Shown here one piece after another: positions 1-9,875 of a stretch of 64,000 bases of DNA (the stretch's first letter is position 1; each line of letters begins with the position of its first letter). The translations under genes and the position numbers were made by a program. Below the pieces are notes generated by a model, which was given only the letters and a program-made list of their open reading frames with translations, was not told where the DNA came from and did not search any database. The stretch comes from Pirellulales bacterium (GTDB lineage: Bacteria > Planctomycetota > Planctomycetia > Pirellulales > PALSA-1355). The stretch lies in the NCBI GenBank assembly GCA_963733035.1, contig CAVTBU010000005.1, positions 1,216,001 through 1,280,000 of the forward strand, written 5' to 3'.

Positions 1-399
1 CGCCTAGCCTCGAAGTTAACTCTGCGAAACTTTTGGTCGATCCGCCCTCAGGGCGATTCACGTGACCCGAAAGGTATGCCCGGCAAATTCACGCGGAACA
101 TACGCTTTCGAGCGGCTTTTTTGATTTCCGCCAGAAATGGTTTAAAGATGAGTGCGGGATAGATATCGGCCCGCGGAAAACGGGTCAAGGCCACTTGATG
201 GATTTGCGAAGCCGAGAGTCAGCCCGGAAGATGGCGCAGCGCGGTGCGCTCACGAGAGTTGGGCGAGAATTGAGTCCGCGCACGAAAGCTGGCAGCTAGC
301 AAATACCGAAGCCAGCCCGTTTTGCTGGCAGCCGCTCGTCAGTCAACGGGGGAAATTGACAGGCACGAAGACAATCCGGCGAAGATGTGACAACACGGG

Positions 400-2013
400 T
401 CAATTTCGATTTTGGATTCGCCCTCGTCTAGGTTCGTCTCTCTCGTCCTCTAGAGCGCTGGCGTCCTTCTTCGGAGGCTCGTCGCGGACCAGGGTATCCT
501 CGTACTGCATATGGTCATCCATCTCGCTACGGACGGTCATATTGCCGTTGGCATCGAGAAGCAAGATCTCACCGGGCTTGGTAATCGGTGGATCTCTGCG
601 GCGGCCGGACAAATTGTCCCCACCGTAAATGTCCAACACCATGAAGTTCGATTCGAACCCCAGATTCAGCTTAACGACAGCTTTGTCGATGGGATGCCGC
701 ACCGAAACTTCTCGGGGCGGAGTGTTGGCGACCGAGCCTCGGCGGGCCTCGATCTCGGTCGCCGCCTTGAGACCCGACTTGCGATCGATGGAAGTAATTA
801 CCACCTTTGCCATCGGCTCGGTGTAACGCGAACCAGCATCAATCGGCCCTGCCAAAACGTCATGACCGTCGGGGATGGTGACCACGGGCGTCGGCTCGGT
901 CGGTTCGCTGGTGAGTTTGCTTGCGGCGGCGCTCGCCGGATCCTGGAGAAACTGCGGCGAAATGCCTGAATTGGGGTTCTGCAATTCGAGCTTAACCCGA
1001 TAGCGGTATTTCTTGCCGGGCTCCACGCCATAATCAAATGCACGGAGCAGCAAATAGGTCACGCCGGAGTCAGCAACGTCCTCGGCGGGCGCGGCTTTCT
1101 GCTTGTCATCTGGTTTGCCGGCGTCGCGTGGTTGATCGCGCCCGCCGGCCGCGTCCGGTTCTTGAACCGGCGGAACCGGTCGATCCACTTCCTCACCGAC
1201 GAGCGGAATCTTCGGATGCGAAACGGCTTCGCCCCATTGGCCGATCGCCAACGTTTCCAAAGGCGCTGACAGGGATGCGTCCAGATACTTCGCTGGAACG
1301 AGGTCGTCGCGCCGACTCCCCGTGGCCACCGGCCCGGGGTCGGGAACGGGCGACCAGGTCAACTGATCGGGCTTCTGATCGGACTTCGCGGGATCGACTT
1401 CCGCCCGCTCGAGTACGGGTCGCAAGTATTTGGGCACCACGTCGCGATTGCGGTCGAACTCCACGGCCTCGGCATACGCCTGGGCAAAGGCCTGTCGTTC
1501 CTTGTTGATTGGCACGAGCCCGGTGACCACGGCCCAGGGCTGAGCCTTGAGCGCATTGCCGGCGTTCTCCTGGTCTCCTTGCCGCGCACCGTTCCGGTCA
1601 GCGGCTTTGACCTGAATCACGTCCATGCCGGCTGCCACGCGCAATTCCTCGGGTGGCAGAACCTCGGGAATTCCGCGCTTCGCTTTTGGATCGGTGACCG
1701 GCGGATTGAAGGCCCTGGGCAGCGCGTAGGTACCCACCGGAATAATCTTGGGCTTGGCCCGTTCCGCATAGCTGACGACTTTCAACTTCTCTCGATCTGG
1801 ATCCCACTTGGAGTTCCGGACATGCTCGCCGACGGTGGCGGCCAGCTGCTGCATCTTTTCGGGCGCATATTGTTCTTCGAGCGTCTCGCGCTGCATCGCC
1901 GAATAGACGAACAGTAAGAACACCATGCCCACGACACCGAGGGCCACTTTCTCGCCGTGCGCCAGCAGCCAGCCCTTGATGCTGGCCAGGTCGAACTTCA
2001 TTTTCACTTTCAT
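400..2013 (-). CDS. Hypothetical membrane-anchored protein, third gene of pilM operon (possible pilus alignment component)
   Basis: 537-aa ORF with one N-terminal TM segment (VALGVVGMVFLLFVYSAM); co-oriented 45 nt downstream of the previous gene. Confidence 0.7.
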   Translation of the reverse strand: MKVKMKFDLASIKGWLLAHGEKVALGVVGMVFLLFVYSAMQRETLEEQYAPEKMQQLAATVGEHVRNSKWDPDREKLKVVSYAERAKPKIIPVGTYALPRAFNPPVTDPKAKRGIPEVLPPEELRVAAGMDVIQVKAADRNGARQGDQENAGNALKAQPWAVVTGLVPINKERQAFAQAYAEAVEFDRNRDVVPKYLRPVLERAEVDPAKSDQKPDQLTWSPVPDPGPVATGSRRDDLVPAKYLDASLSAPLETLAIGQWGEAVSHPKIPLVGEEVDRPVPPVQEPDAAGGRDQPRDAGKPDDKQKAAPAEDVADSGVTYLLLRAFDYGVEPGKKYRYRVKLELQNPNSGISPQFLQDPASAAASKLTSEPTEPTPVVTIPDGHDVLAGPIDAGSRYTEPMAKVVITSIDRKSGLKAATEIEARRGSVANTPPREVSVRHPIDKAVVKLNLGFESNFMVLDIYGGDNLSGRRRDPPITKPGEILLLDANGNMTVRSEMDDHMQYEDTLVRDEPPKKDASALEDERDEPRRGRIQNRN

Positions 2014-2058
2014 GACGCGCTGCTTCCGTTACTGGGAACTCGTCGAAGTGGCATGTGT

Positions 2059-3291
2059 TTAGCCCGCCGCTTGGGGAGCCTCTTCGGCGCCCAACTTGGC
2101 TCGATCGGGAGGATTGAACAGGTAGATAATGCCATGAATCTCGACCGTCACGTCGTAAACTTCTCCCGGGGCTGGCGCGGCGCCCGGTCCGCCGCGACCA
2201 CCCGCCTGTCCGCCGCGTCCCGCGTTGTCCTGTGCCTTCGTGCCGCTCTCTCCGCCGGGATTGATGCGCAACTGACGCACTTCGACCGGCAGTGGGTAGT
2301 TCGCACACTCGGTGAGCAGCCGAGTAATTTCTCGCTGGTCCATGATCAGTTTCATGTAGACTGGCAGTCGCTTGAATTGCTGTTCTTGCGACGTGCCGGC
2401 CGCTAACGTCTTTCCTTCGGCATCGACATAGCGGCCCTCGTCCGGCGGCGGTGCTGCGCCGGCCTCACCTCCGCCGACCATCTCGGGCATCGGTCCGCCA
2501 CCGGCATCCGCCGAGCCTTCGGCAGTGGCCAGCCGGGTGATATGACCGGGAGCCATGCCTTTTTCAAATTCTTTGGCGGTATCGGCACCGATCGCCAGCT
2601 CCTCGATGACCTTCACGCGCGGCGTATAGAGGGCGCCCTCGTTTGTTTTGCGCAGGATATTCAGCAGCGCTTGCAGCACCCAGTAGTCTTCCTGCCGCAG
2701 GCGAATCTCGAACGAACTTGGCGTACTGCCGAGCATTCCTTTCTGGAGCATCTTTTTGATGGCATCCTGATTTTCCCAACGGACTTTGTAGTTGGGGTCG
2801 GCTTCGCCTTCCTTGGGCTTTGCCTTTTCATCGGCGTCCGCCGGCGCCGCGCCGACGATCTTCGCTAACTCGGGAAACTCCTTGATCGCTTCGGTCTGGT
2901 AAGCCCTGCGCCACACGTCAGGCATTTCTTCATCAGGCCCGGCGCGCTTGAGCCAGTCACGAAAGTTGGCCGGTAAGACGTCCGGCCACGAAAGTACCTT
3001 CTGCTGGATGTCGTATACGCTTTTCCAGGTGTCGGCGACCTCCTCCTGCTCTTGCTTCGTCAGGGCCGAAATCGCGGTGGTCCACTGGTCGTTGGGAGGA
3101 AATTGATTTTGCTGAATACCGGTCAGCGTCGTGAACTTGCCGGTCACGGTTCCCTTATTCGTCGCATATTGCTCGGAAAGCGAGCCGCGCGCCATGATCC
3201 AGCCAACCAAGCCGGCGATGATCGCCAGCGTGCAGAGGATCCAGAAATGATATTTCTGGGCATAACCCAAATAGACTTTGACCTTGTCCAT
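2059..3291 (-). CDS. Hypothetical membrane-anchored protein, PilO-like by position and architecture
   Basis: 410 aa; N-terminal TM (FWILCTLAIIAGLVGWIM) then a helical region; C-terminal alpha/beta segment (RLPVYMKL...PVEVRQLRI...VTVEIHGIIYLF); start abuts the pilM stop. Confidence 0.7.
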   Translation of the reverse strand: MDKVKVYLGYAQKYHFWILCTLAIIAGLVGWIMARGSLSEQYATNKGTVTGKFTTLTGIQQNQFPPNDQWTTAISALTKQEQEEVADTWKSVYDIQQKVLSWPDVLPANFRDWLKRAGPDEEMPDVWRRAYQTEAIKEFPELAKIVGAAPADADEKAKPKEGEADPNYKVRWENQDAIKKMLQKGMLGSTPSSFEIRLRQEDYWVLQALLNILRKTNEGALYTPRVKVIEELAIGADTAKEFEKGMAPGHITRLATAEGSADAGGGPMPEMVGGGEAGAAPPPDEGRYVDAEGKTLAAGTSQEQQFKRLPVYMKLIMDQREITRLLTECANYPLPVEVRQLRINPGGESGTKAQDNAGRGGQAGGRGGPGAAPAPGEVYDVTVEIHGIIYLFNPPDRAKLGAEEAPQAAG

Positions 3292-5466
3292 CTATTGAGC
3301 CCCCCCGGTCGCGGCCAGCTCAGCCGGTTGTGCTCCCTGCTCGGCTGCCTTTTCTTTCTCCAACCGCTGCGTGTATGTCGTTGGACTCCAGGCGAATTGC
3401 AACGTGAAATCCCAACGCTTGACGGGAATCGCCACCCCGTCGGCGTCTGTCACGGTCGTGTCGTGCGGGTGGTTCCCCTCGGTGAGGATCACCGGGTAGC
3501 CAATCCCTAGCTCCTTGATCGGCAGTTCCACGGCCTTGCCGTCCGGATCGACGATGGTAACCGTCTTATTGCGAAGATTCTCGACCAACGTTTCACGAAC
3601 ATACATGCCGACGCGGTGAATCAAATCTTCGTTGTGATAGTGGTAACCGCGGAGTTCGATGACCCAGCCCGGACCGGTGGGCCCCGGATCGGGCGTGGCT
3701 TCCGCCGACGGCTGTTGTGCATTGGGATCGGCTGCCAACGCGGGATCGACACCGGCATCCGCGGGTGCGACCCCAGGTTCACCCGGAACCGGGGCGGCCG
3801 CAGCGGCAGGCACGCCGGCTTCGCCAGGCGGAGCCGCGGCATCGGCCCCAGGAGCTGCCTCGGGCATGGGTGGCGGCATCGGAGGCAGCTTCATGGCGTT
3901 CTGCACCGCCTCGATCTTGTCCTTGATCCCCGCGTTGTACCAGGTTGATAGGTCGGTGAACCACTCGCACTCGAGCGTGGTAATGTGAATTTCGTTTCGC
4001 TCGCCGATTTTCTCGGGACGCGCGCCCTCCGGATCGCTGGGCAAGCATTGATCGAGCGCCATGAGCATCTCGGGCCACAGCCAGCGTCCTTCGACATTGC
4101 CAACCAGAGATTCGCCGATGGCATTAATCGAAGAGAATTTTTCCTTTTCAGCCTTGTAGGCAGCGTCTTGCGAGTTGGCCGTATTGGCGGCCTGATCGGC
4201 CTGCGAAATGGCGCTGCTGAAACGATCGGGCTTCACCGAATTCCAGGCCCGCCAATGCCCCAGGAAATTGATCGTGATGCCGAGCAGCAACGCGGCCACC
4301 ATGGCCACGGCCCACGGCTTCTTGTCTCGGATCATCCGGTCGGTCACGATTTCCGGCGGCAGCAGGTTGGTCGAGAGCTTCGACTTCTCCATGCCCTGCA
4401 GCACGAGGCCGTAGCAGACCGCGAAGCTAAGCAGGTTTTCCTTGAACTGCGGAGCGTCGACCACGGCCGGACCAACCAGCCCGCGATAGCTTTGCACTTC
4501 GGTGACGGTGTGCCCCAGGTTTTGTGAGAGGTACTTTTGCAGCCCGGGCAGCCGCATGGCATTTCCCAGGGCAATCACATGGCCGATCTCCGCCTCGCGA
4601 TCGATGCTGGCGAAGTAATTGATGGAGCGTTGAATTTGCGTAAGCAGGTCGTTGAACACCGGGCGCATGGCCTGGAAAACGGCCTTGGGATCCTCGGCCT
4701 GCTGGGCGTTCTTTTTGAGGTGTTCGGCCTTCGCAAACGTAAGCCGAAGTTCCTTTGTGAGAGCTTTGGTAAAATGGCTGCCGCCCAACGGTACGCTGCG
4801 CTGCCACACGCGGTAACCGTTCGTGATCACCAGGTCCGTGGTATCGGTGCCGAGCGACAGCACCACGACCGATTCCGGTGGATTTTCCGGATCAAACTGG
4901 TCGGCCGGCGGTAGATCCTGCATTTGGTCGAAGACGGTGAAGTTATAAATCGTCAGTGGCGTGAGCTGCACGATATCGACTTCGATGCCGGCGTCTTCGA
5001 ACGGCTTGAGTGCCCGCTCCACCTGATCGCGTTTCATTGCGAAGAGGCCGACTTCGGTCTCCAGGGCAAAACCATCCTCTTCGCTGCCGCCGTCCATCTG
5101 CTGGTAATCCCAGACGACGTCTTCGAGCGCGAAGGGAATCTGTTGCCGGGCTTCGTATTTGACAATGTCGGGAATCTTCTTCGATTCGACCGGCGGCAAT
5201 TTGATGAACCGCGCCAAGCCGCTTTGGCCCGAAACCGAGATGGCCACCTTGTCGCCCCGCACGGTGTTGCGCGACAAGAACAGCTCGAGCGCCTCGCGGA
5301 CCAGTTCCGCCGGATCCGCGTCGGGCTGGCTCAGAATCTTGGGATACTCGATGTAATCGAACGCATCCGCGATGATCTGATCGTCTTGTTCACTGGGGCG
5401 ACAGCGCAGCGCCTTCAGCGCGCATTGCCCAATGTCGATCCCCCACACGGCGTTAGATTTCGCCAT
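3292..5466 (-). CDS. pilM: Type IV pilus assembly protein PilM with fused C-terminal PilN-like TM/periplasmic region
   Basis: Actin/FtsA-like start WGIDIGQCALKAL, YEARQQIPF and GG..FT motifs, then an internal TNLLP (PilN N-terminal INLLP-type motif), a TM segment and a periplasmic part. Confidence 0.88.
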   Translation of the reverse strand: MAKSNAVWGIDIGQCALKALRCRPSEQDDQIIADAFDYIEYPKILSQPDADPAELVREALELFLSRNTVRGDKVAISVSGQSGLARFIKLPPVESKKIPDIVKYEARQQIPFALEDVVWDYQQMDGGSEEDGFALETEVGLFAMKRDQVERALKPFEDAGIEVDIVQLTPLTIYNFTVFDQMQDLPPADQFDPENPPESVVVLSLGTDTTDLVITNGYRVWQRSVPLGGSHFTKALTKELRLTFAKAEHLKKNAQQAEDPKAVFQAMRPVFNDLLTQIQRSINYFASIDREAEIGHVIALGNAMRLPGLQKYLSQNLGHTVTEVQSYRGLVGPAVVDAPQFKENLLSFAVCYGLVLQGMEKSKLSTNLLPPEIVTDRMIRDKKPWAVAMVAALLLGITINFLGHWRAWNSVKPDRFSSAISQADQAANTANSQDAAYKAEKEKFSSINAIGESLVGNVEGRWLWPEMLMALDQCLPSDPEGARPEKIGERNEIHITTLECEWFTDLSTWYNAGIKDKIEAVQNAMKLPPMPPPMPEAAPGADAAAPPGEAGVPAAAAAPVPGEPGVAPADAGVDPALAADPNAQQPSAEATPDPGPTGPGWVIELRGYHYHNEDLIHRVGMYVRETLVENLRNKTVTIVDPDGKAVELPIKELGIGYPVILTEGNHPHDTTVTDADGVAIPVKRWDFTLQFAWSPTTYTQRLEKEKAAEQGAQPAELAATGGAQ

Positions 5467-5596
5467 CGTGCGATCCCTGTTCCACGTCAGTGTTTACGAG
5501 CCGGCAGTTCCCCGATCGTCGGCTCCCAACCCCGCAATTCGAACGAATCAGCCAGAAAGGGTTGCGCAAGGGTTGTTCCGCTCCTCATAAACATTC

Positions 5597-5626
5597 AATT
5601 TAGACCCGAACGCGAGGGAATGTCAA
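5597..5626 (-). promoter_or_regulatory. Putative sigma70 promoter of pilM operon
   Basis: Minus strand TTGACA (5621-5626), 18-nt spacer, TAAATT (5597-5602). Confidence 0.5.
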
Positions 5627-5792
5627 TCAATTGCCGAAGGAATACAAACCGTTATGCGGCAAAGTTTTTGTCTCGGCCTGGCGGCTCGCCAGGTCGACGT
5701 CACACCGCAGGGCCGCTATGGTGGACCGTGTCGCCGACCACCCGCGGTCCGGCCCCCCCTCGCGACCCGTCCCACCCTCTGCACGCCTGGCG

Positions 5793-8526
5793 ATGAAATT
5801 CAGCGAATTGACGGTTCTGCTGCCGTGTCACAGTCTTGAGGATTTTCCGGTCTATCACGAGGGAGCGGCCGCCGACGAGTTGCTCGGAGCTTGGTGTGCA
5901 CCCTGGCATCCGGCCCTGATTGCGGAAGTGGGATCGCTGCCGAATTGGCAACGCATCGACATCCCGCCCGAAGACCTGTCTGGACGACTAATAGTCGTCC
6001 CGCCGTTTTGCCTCGACCGCCTTCCCGCAGGATACGCCGCGCGAGCCGGCAACGAGGGAGCGTGGTTTGTCGCCAGGGAGAAGCCGGACGAGGCGGAAGC
6101 GCAGGCCCTCGCGGGGTTGGATAACCTACCGGCCATCGAGCCCGAAATCGCCGCAGATTTTCGAGCACTCGGTTTTTGCCGGCTGCAGATGGAATTGCTG
6201 ACGCGGCAAATGCGTTATTCGGTAAGCATCGATGAGACGCATTTCCAGAATCAGGCCGTCTCTGCCGCCCGAGCCGCCGTCGCTGGAGACGTGCCGGCTG
6301 CTCGCGAGCACTTGCAGCAATGCTTCGACACGCTTTACGAGCGCGCAAGCACTTCTATCCGGTTGACGTGCATTTGCTCGATGTCACTTTGCTGGCCGAC
6401 ACGACATTGGGCGCTTCACTCCTGGGGGAACTGTCTCGGAATTCGACTTTGAACCTGCTTGCCAGCGGTGGAGTGCTCGACGAGTTGGCCAACCAGCACG
6501 GCGATACCTGGTCGACTCTGCTGAAGGAGATCAACAAAGGAAAGATTTGCGTCCTGGGTGGCGACGATGTCGAAAGCGAATTGCCGCTGCTGCCCCTTGA
6601 AAAATCGCTCGACCACCTGCGCAGGGGCCCTAAAATATGAAGCTCTACTTGGCTCGCCGCCGGTTGTGTACGGTCGCCGTCGCGCGGGACTTTGGCCCGT
6701 ATTGCCGCAACTGCTGGCCAAGCTTGGATATCAAGGCGCGCTGCACTTTACGCTCGACGATGGCAAGTTTCCGCTGGGACCGCAAAGTAAGACGCGCTGG
6801 GAAGGCATCGAATCCAGCGTCATCGATATTCTGGCCCGCGTGCCGGCCGACGCCGCCAGACCAGAAACTTTCTTGGCGTTGTCCAGGCTGCTATCCGATT
6901 CGATGGATTCCGACCACGTGGCCACCGTCGCCTTTGCCCACTGGCCCGCACTAACCAGCCCGTGGTATGGCATTGTGCGTCGAATCGCGGCGCTCAGTCC
7001 CGTGCTTGGCACCTTTCTGCTGTTCGACGATTACTTCATGCACACCGACATGCCGGGGCGGTTGTCGAAGTTCAAGGCCGACGATTACCGTACACCGTAT
7101 TTGAAGCAGTCGATCATTCGCCGGCAAGCCGATCCAATCTCCTCGATCTCGCGAGCGCACCGGAACGAAGCGACGCGATCGGCCCAGGCTGCGGTAACCA
7201 CGATCTGCGAATTGTTGGGGCAGCCCCAGGCCACGATGGCCGAACTTCCCGAGTCGTTGCGGCAGTTGGCCGCGTTATTGCCACGCGAAGACGGAGCGGC
7301 ATCGTCGCGTTGTCTGGCGTTCAATCCGCAACTCGGAACGCGACGCTTGGGAGTGGAACTTGCCGGTTGGGGTCGCGCCGCCCAACTCGGTGGACCCGTC
7401 GTCGCGTCGGGCGTTTCCGACGACCGCGCATTTGCGTTGGTCGACATTCCATCGATGGGCTTTGCCTGGGTCGAACCGGGGCCCGCCGCCGCGCCAAATC
7501 AACGCGAAGTGATGATCGTCGAAGACTTGACGCTCCGCAACGAATTCATCGAGGTGCGTCTCAGTAGCAAGACTGGCGGCATCCAGTCGCTATACAACTA
7601 CAATCAGCGCGGCAATCAACTTTCGCAGCAACTTGCCCTGCGCAGTTGCTGGCAGTGGGCAAGACGCGGAGTACACATCGATGCGTGCCGAGACCGTCGA
7701 TGTAACCGCGAACTGCGCGGCCTTCGGCGAGATCGTCAGTCGCGGCATGCTGGTGGACGCGTCGGAAAAGATTGTTGGCCGGTTTCAGCAACGCATCAGC
7801 CTGTGGGCGGGCAGCCGACTCGTAAACCTGGAAATCGAACTCAGCGAGTTAGAGGAACTCCGGGCCGACCCTTGGAACTCGTACTACGCTGCCCGCTTTG
7901 CCTGGCCCGATGAGCAAGCGGAATTGTATCGCGGCGTCTCCCTGGCAAGACAACAGACGTCGGCCACCCGAATCGAAGCTCCCGAGTTCATCGATATTGA
8001 CAACGGGTTGGGCACCGTCACGCTGCTCACCGGCGGATTGCCATATCATCGGCGCAGCGATGCGCGGATGCTCGACACGTTGTTGGTCGTCCGCGGGGAA
8101 ACGGCCCGAGGCTTTTCGCTGGCCATTGGCGTCGACCTGCCCCATCCGGCGGCGACGGCAATCGAGCACCTGCAACCAAAACTGTTCGACGCACAAACGA
8201 GCCCGCCCGCGAAGAACGCAACGGGCTGGTTCTTCCACGTGGGGGCGAAGAACGTCGTGGCGACGCACTGGGAGCCGATTTGTTCACCGCCGAGCGGAGA
8301 GAAAAATTCCGCCGCGCCAACGATCAAGGGCTTCCGCGTCAGGCTATTGGAAATCGGCGGCACCGCCGGTCGCGTGCCGCTGCGGGCCTTTCGCTCGATC
8401 GAGTATGCCCGCCAGGTCGACTTTGTGGGCGAAACGATCCTCGAACTGTACGTCGACGATGATAAGATAATGCTCGATTTCGGGCCGTTCGAACTGCTCG
8501 AAGTCGAAGCCCTCTGGATTCGTTAA
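5793..8526 (+). CDS. Glycoside hydrolase family 38-like (alpha-mannosidase-like) large protein; three apparent frameshifts (~6341, ~6620, ~7641)
   Basis: Four overlapping frames join into one ~910-aa protein (MKFSELTVLLPCHSLEDFP...RKHFYPVD...KYEALLG...LPQLLAKLGY...LRNEFIEVRLSSKTGGIQSL...GGLPYHRR); the C-terminal half resembles GH38 beta-domains. Confidence 0.6.
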
Positions 8527-8544
8527 CGCACGCATATCCGATTC

Positions 8545-9198
8545 ATGATCGTCACCATCGACGGACCGGCCGGAGCCGGCAAGAGCACGATTGCCCGGGC
8601 ACTGGCCCAGCGGCTGGGGTTCCGTTTTCTCGATACGGGCGCCATGTACCGGGCGGTCGCCTGGGCCGCGCTCGATCGCGGGCACGACTGGAATCAACCC
8701 GAGCAACTGGTTGAGCTGGCGGCGTCCCTTCGACTGGACGTCGATGAAGACCTGGTCAATGTCGACGGCCGCGAAGTGACACGAGAGATTCGCACGCCGC
8801 GGGTAACCGCCGTCACGCACTACGCGGCCAACAACCCGGGCGTGCGTGCGATTCTCGTTCAGCAGCAGCGTGAGATGGCCGGCGGCGACAATCTCGTCAC
8901 CGAGGGACGCGACCAAGGAACCGTGGTGTTTCCGCACGCCGAGTGCAAAATTTACCTGACTGCCAGCCCCGAGGAACGTGCCCGCCGCCGCGCCCACGAA
9001 TTGGTCGCCCGCGGACAACCGGCGAGCGTCGAGGAAGTGCTCCGCGACCAGAATTTGCGTGATGCCAGCGACGCCAATCGGCCGGTCGGTCCGATGGTGG
9101 CAGCCGGCGACGCCGTCGAGGTCGTCACCGACGGGCTGACTCCGGACGAGGTCCTCGATCGGCTGGAGGCCCTCGTGCGGGAAAAGAAGCCGTCATGA
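8545..9198 (+). CDS. cmk: Cytidylate kinase
   Basis: IVTIDGPAGAGKST, LDTGAMYRA, EGRDQGTVVFP. Confidence 0.97.
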   Translation: MIVTIDGPAGAGKSTIARALAQRLGFRFLDTGAMYRAVAWAALDRGHDWNQPEQLVELAASLRLDVDEDLVNVDGREVTREIRTPRVTAVTHYAANNPGVRAILVQQQREMAGGDNLVTEGRDQGTVVFPHAECKIYLTASPEERARRRAHELVARGQPASVEEVLRDQNLRDASDANRPVGPMVAAGDAVEVVTDGLTPDEVLDRLEALVREKKPS

Positions 9199-9875
9199 CA
9201 CCACCGGTGCAGCGTTCGCTCGGCAATCGTGCCTGGCAGGCGTTTCTCAAGTTCACCTGTCGGCTGGGCGCCGTATGCGCCTTCAACATCCGCTGTCATG
9301 GCCGCGAAAAGGTGCCTCACGCGGGCGGTGGATTGATGCTTTCGAATCACCAGAGCAATCTCGACCCGGTGCTCGTGGGGTTGGCCTCGGATCGGCGGTT
9401 GAACTACGTGGCTCGCAAGTCTTTGTTCAAGTTCGCACCGTTTCGCTGGCTGATCAACTCGCTCGACGCGATCGCAATCGACCGCGAAGGGACGGGTCTG
9501 GAAGGCCTCAAGGAGACGCTAAAGCGGTTGAAGCGAGGCGAAATCGTGCTGCTGTTTCCGGAGGGAACGCGCACGCCCGACGGCGAAGTTCACCCGATCA
9601 AACCGGGGTTTTGCGCCGTTGCCCGTCGCGCCGGCGTGCCGATCTTGCCGGTGGCCATTGATGGTGCTTGGAATGCGTGGCCGCGGCAGCAAAAGTTCCC
9701 CCGTCGGGCAGTCGTTCACGTGCAATTTGGTGATTTGATCGAACCGGCCGAGATTCAACGTCTGAGCGACGACGAATTGACGGTTGAAGTCGAGCGGCGG
9801 ATACGAGAGTGTCATGCCCAAGCGCGCAAACAACGACTGCTTGCCAGCGGCCGTCTGCCGCTGCTGGCGACCTAG
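9195..9875 (+). CDS. plsC: 1-acyl-sn-glycerol-3-phosphate acyltransferase
   Basis: NHQSNLD (HX4D) and FPEGTRT motifs; ATGA overlap with cmk. Confidence 0.92.
   Translation: MTPPVQRSLGNRAWQAFLKFTCRLGAVCAFNIRCHGREKVPHAGGGLMLSNHQSNLDPVLVGLASDRRLNYVARKSLFKFAPFRWLINSLDAIAIDREGTGLEGLKETLKRLKRGEIVLLFPEGTRTPDGEVHPIKPGFCAVARRAGVPILPVAIDGAWNAWPRQQKFPRRAVVHVQFGDLIEPAEIQRLSDDELTVEVERRIRECHAQARKQRLLASGRLPLLAT

Noticed and set aside
152..628. Plus-strand ORF at the left edge
   Set aside because: It overlaps the 3' end of the minus-strand gene and has no recognisable features; 1-399 looks intergenic.
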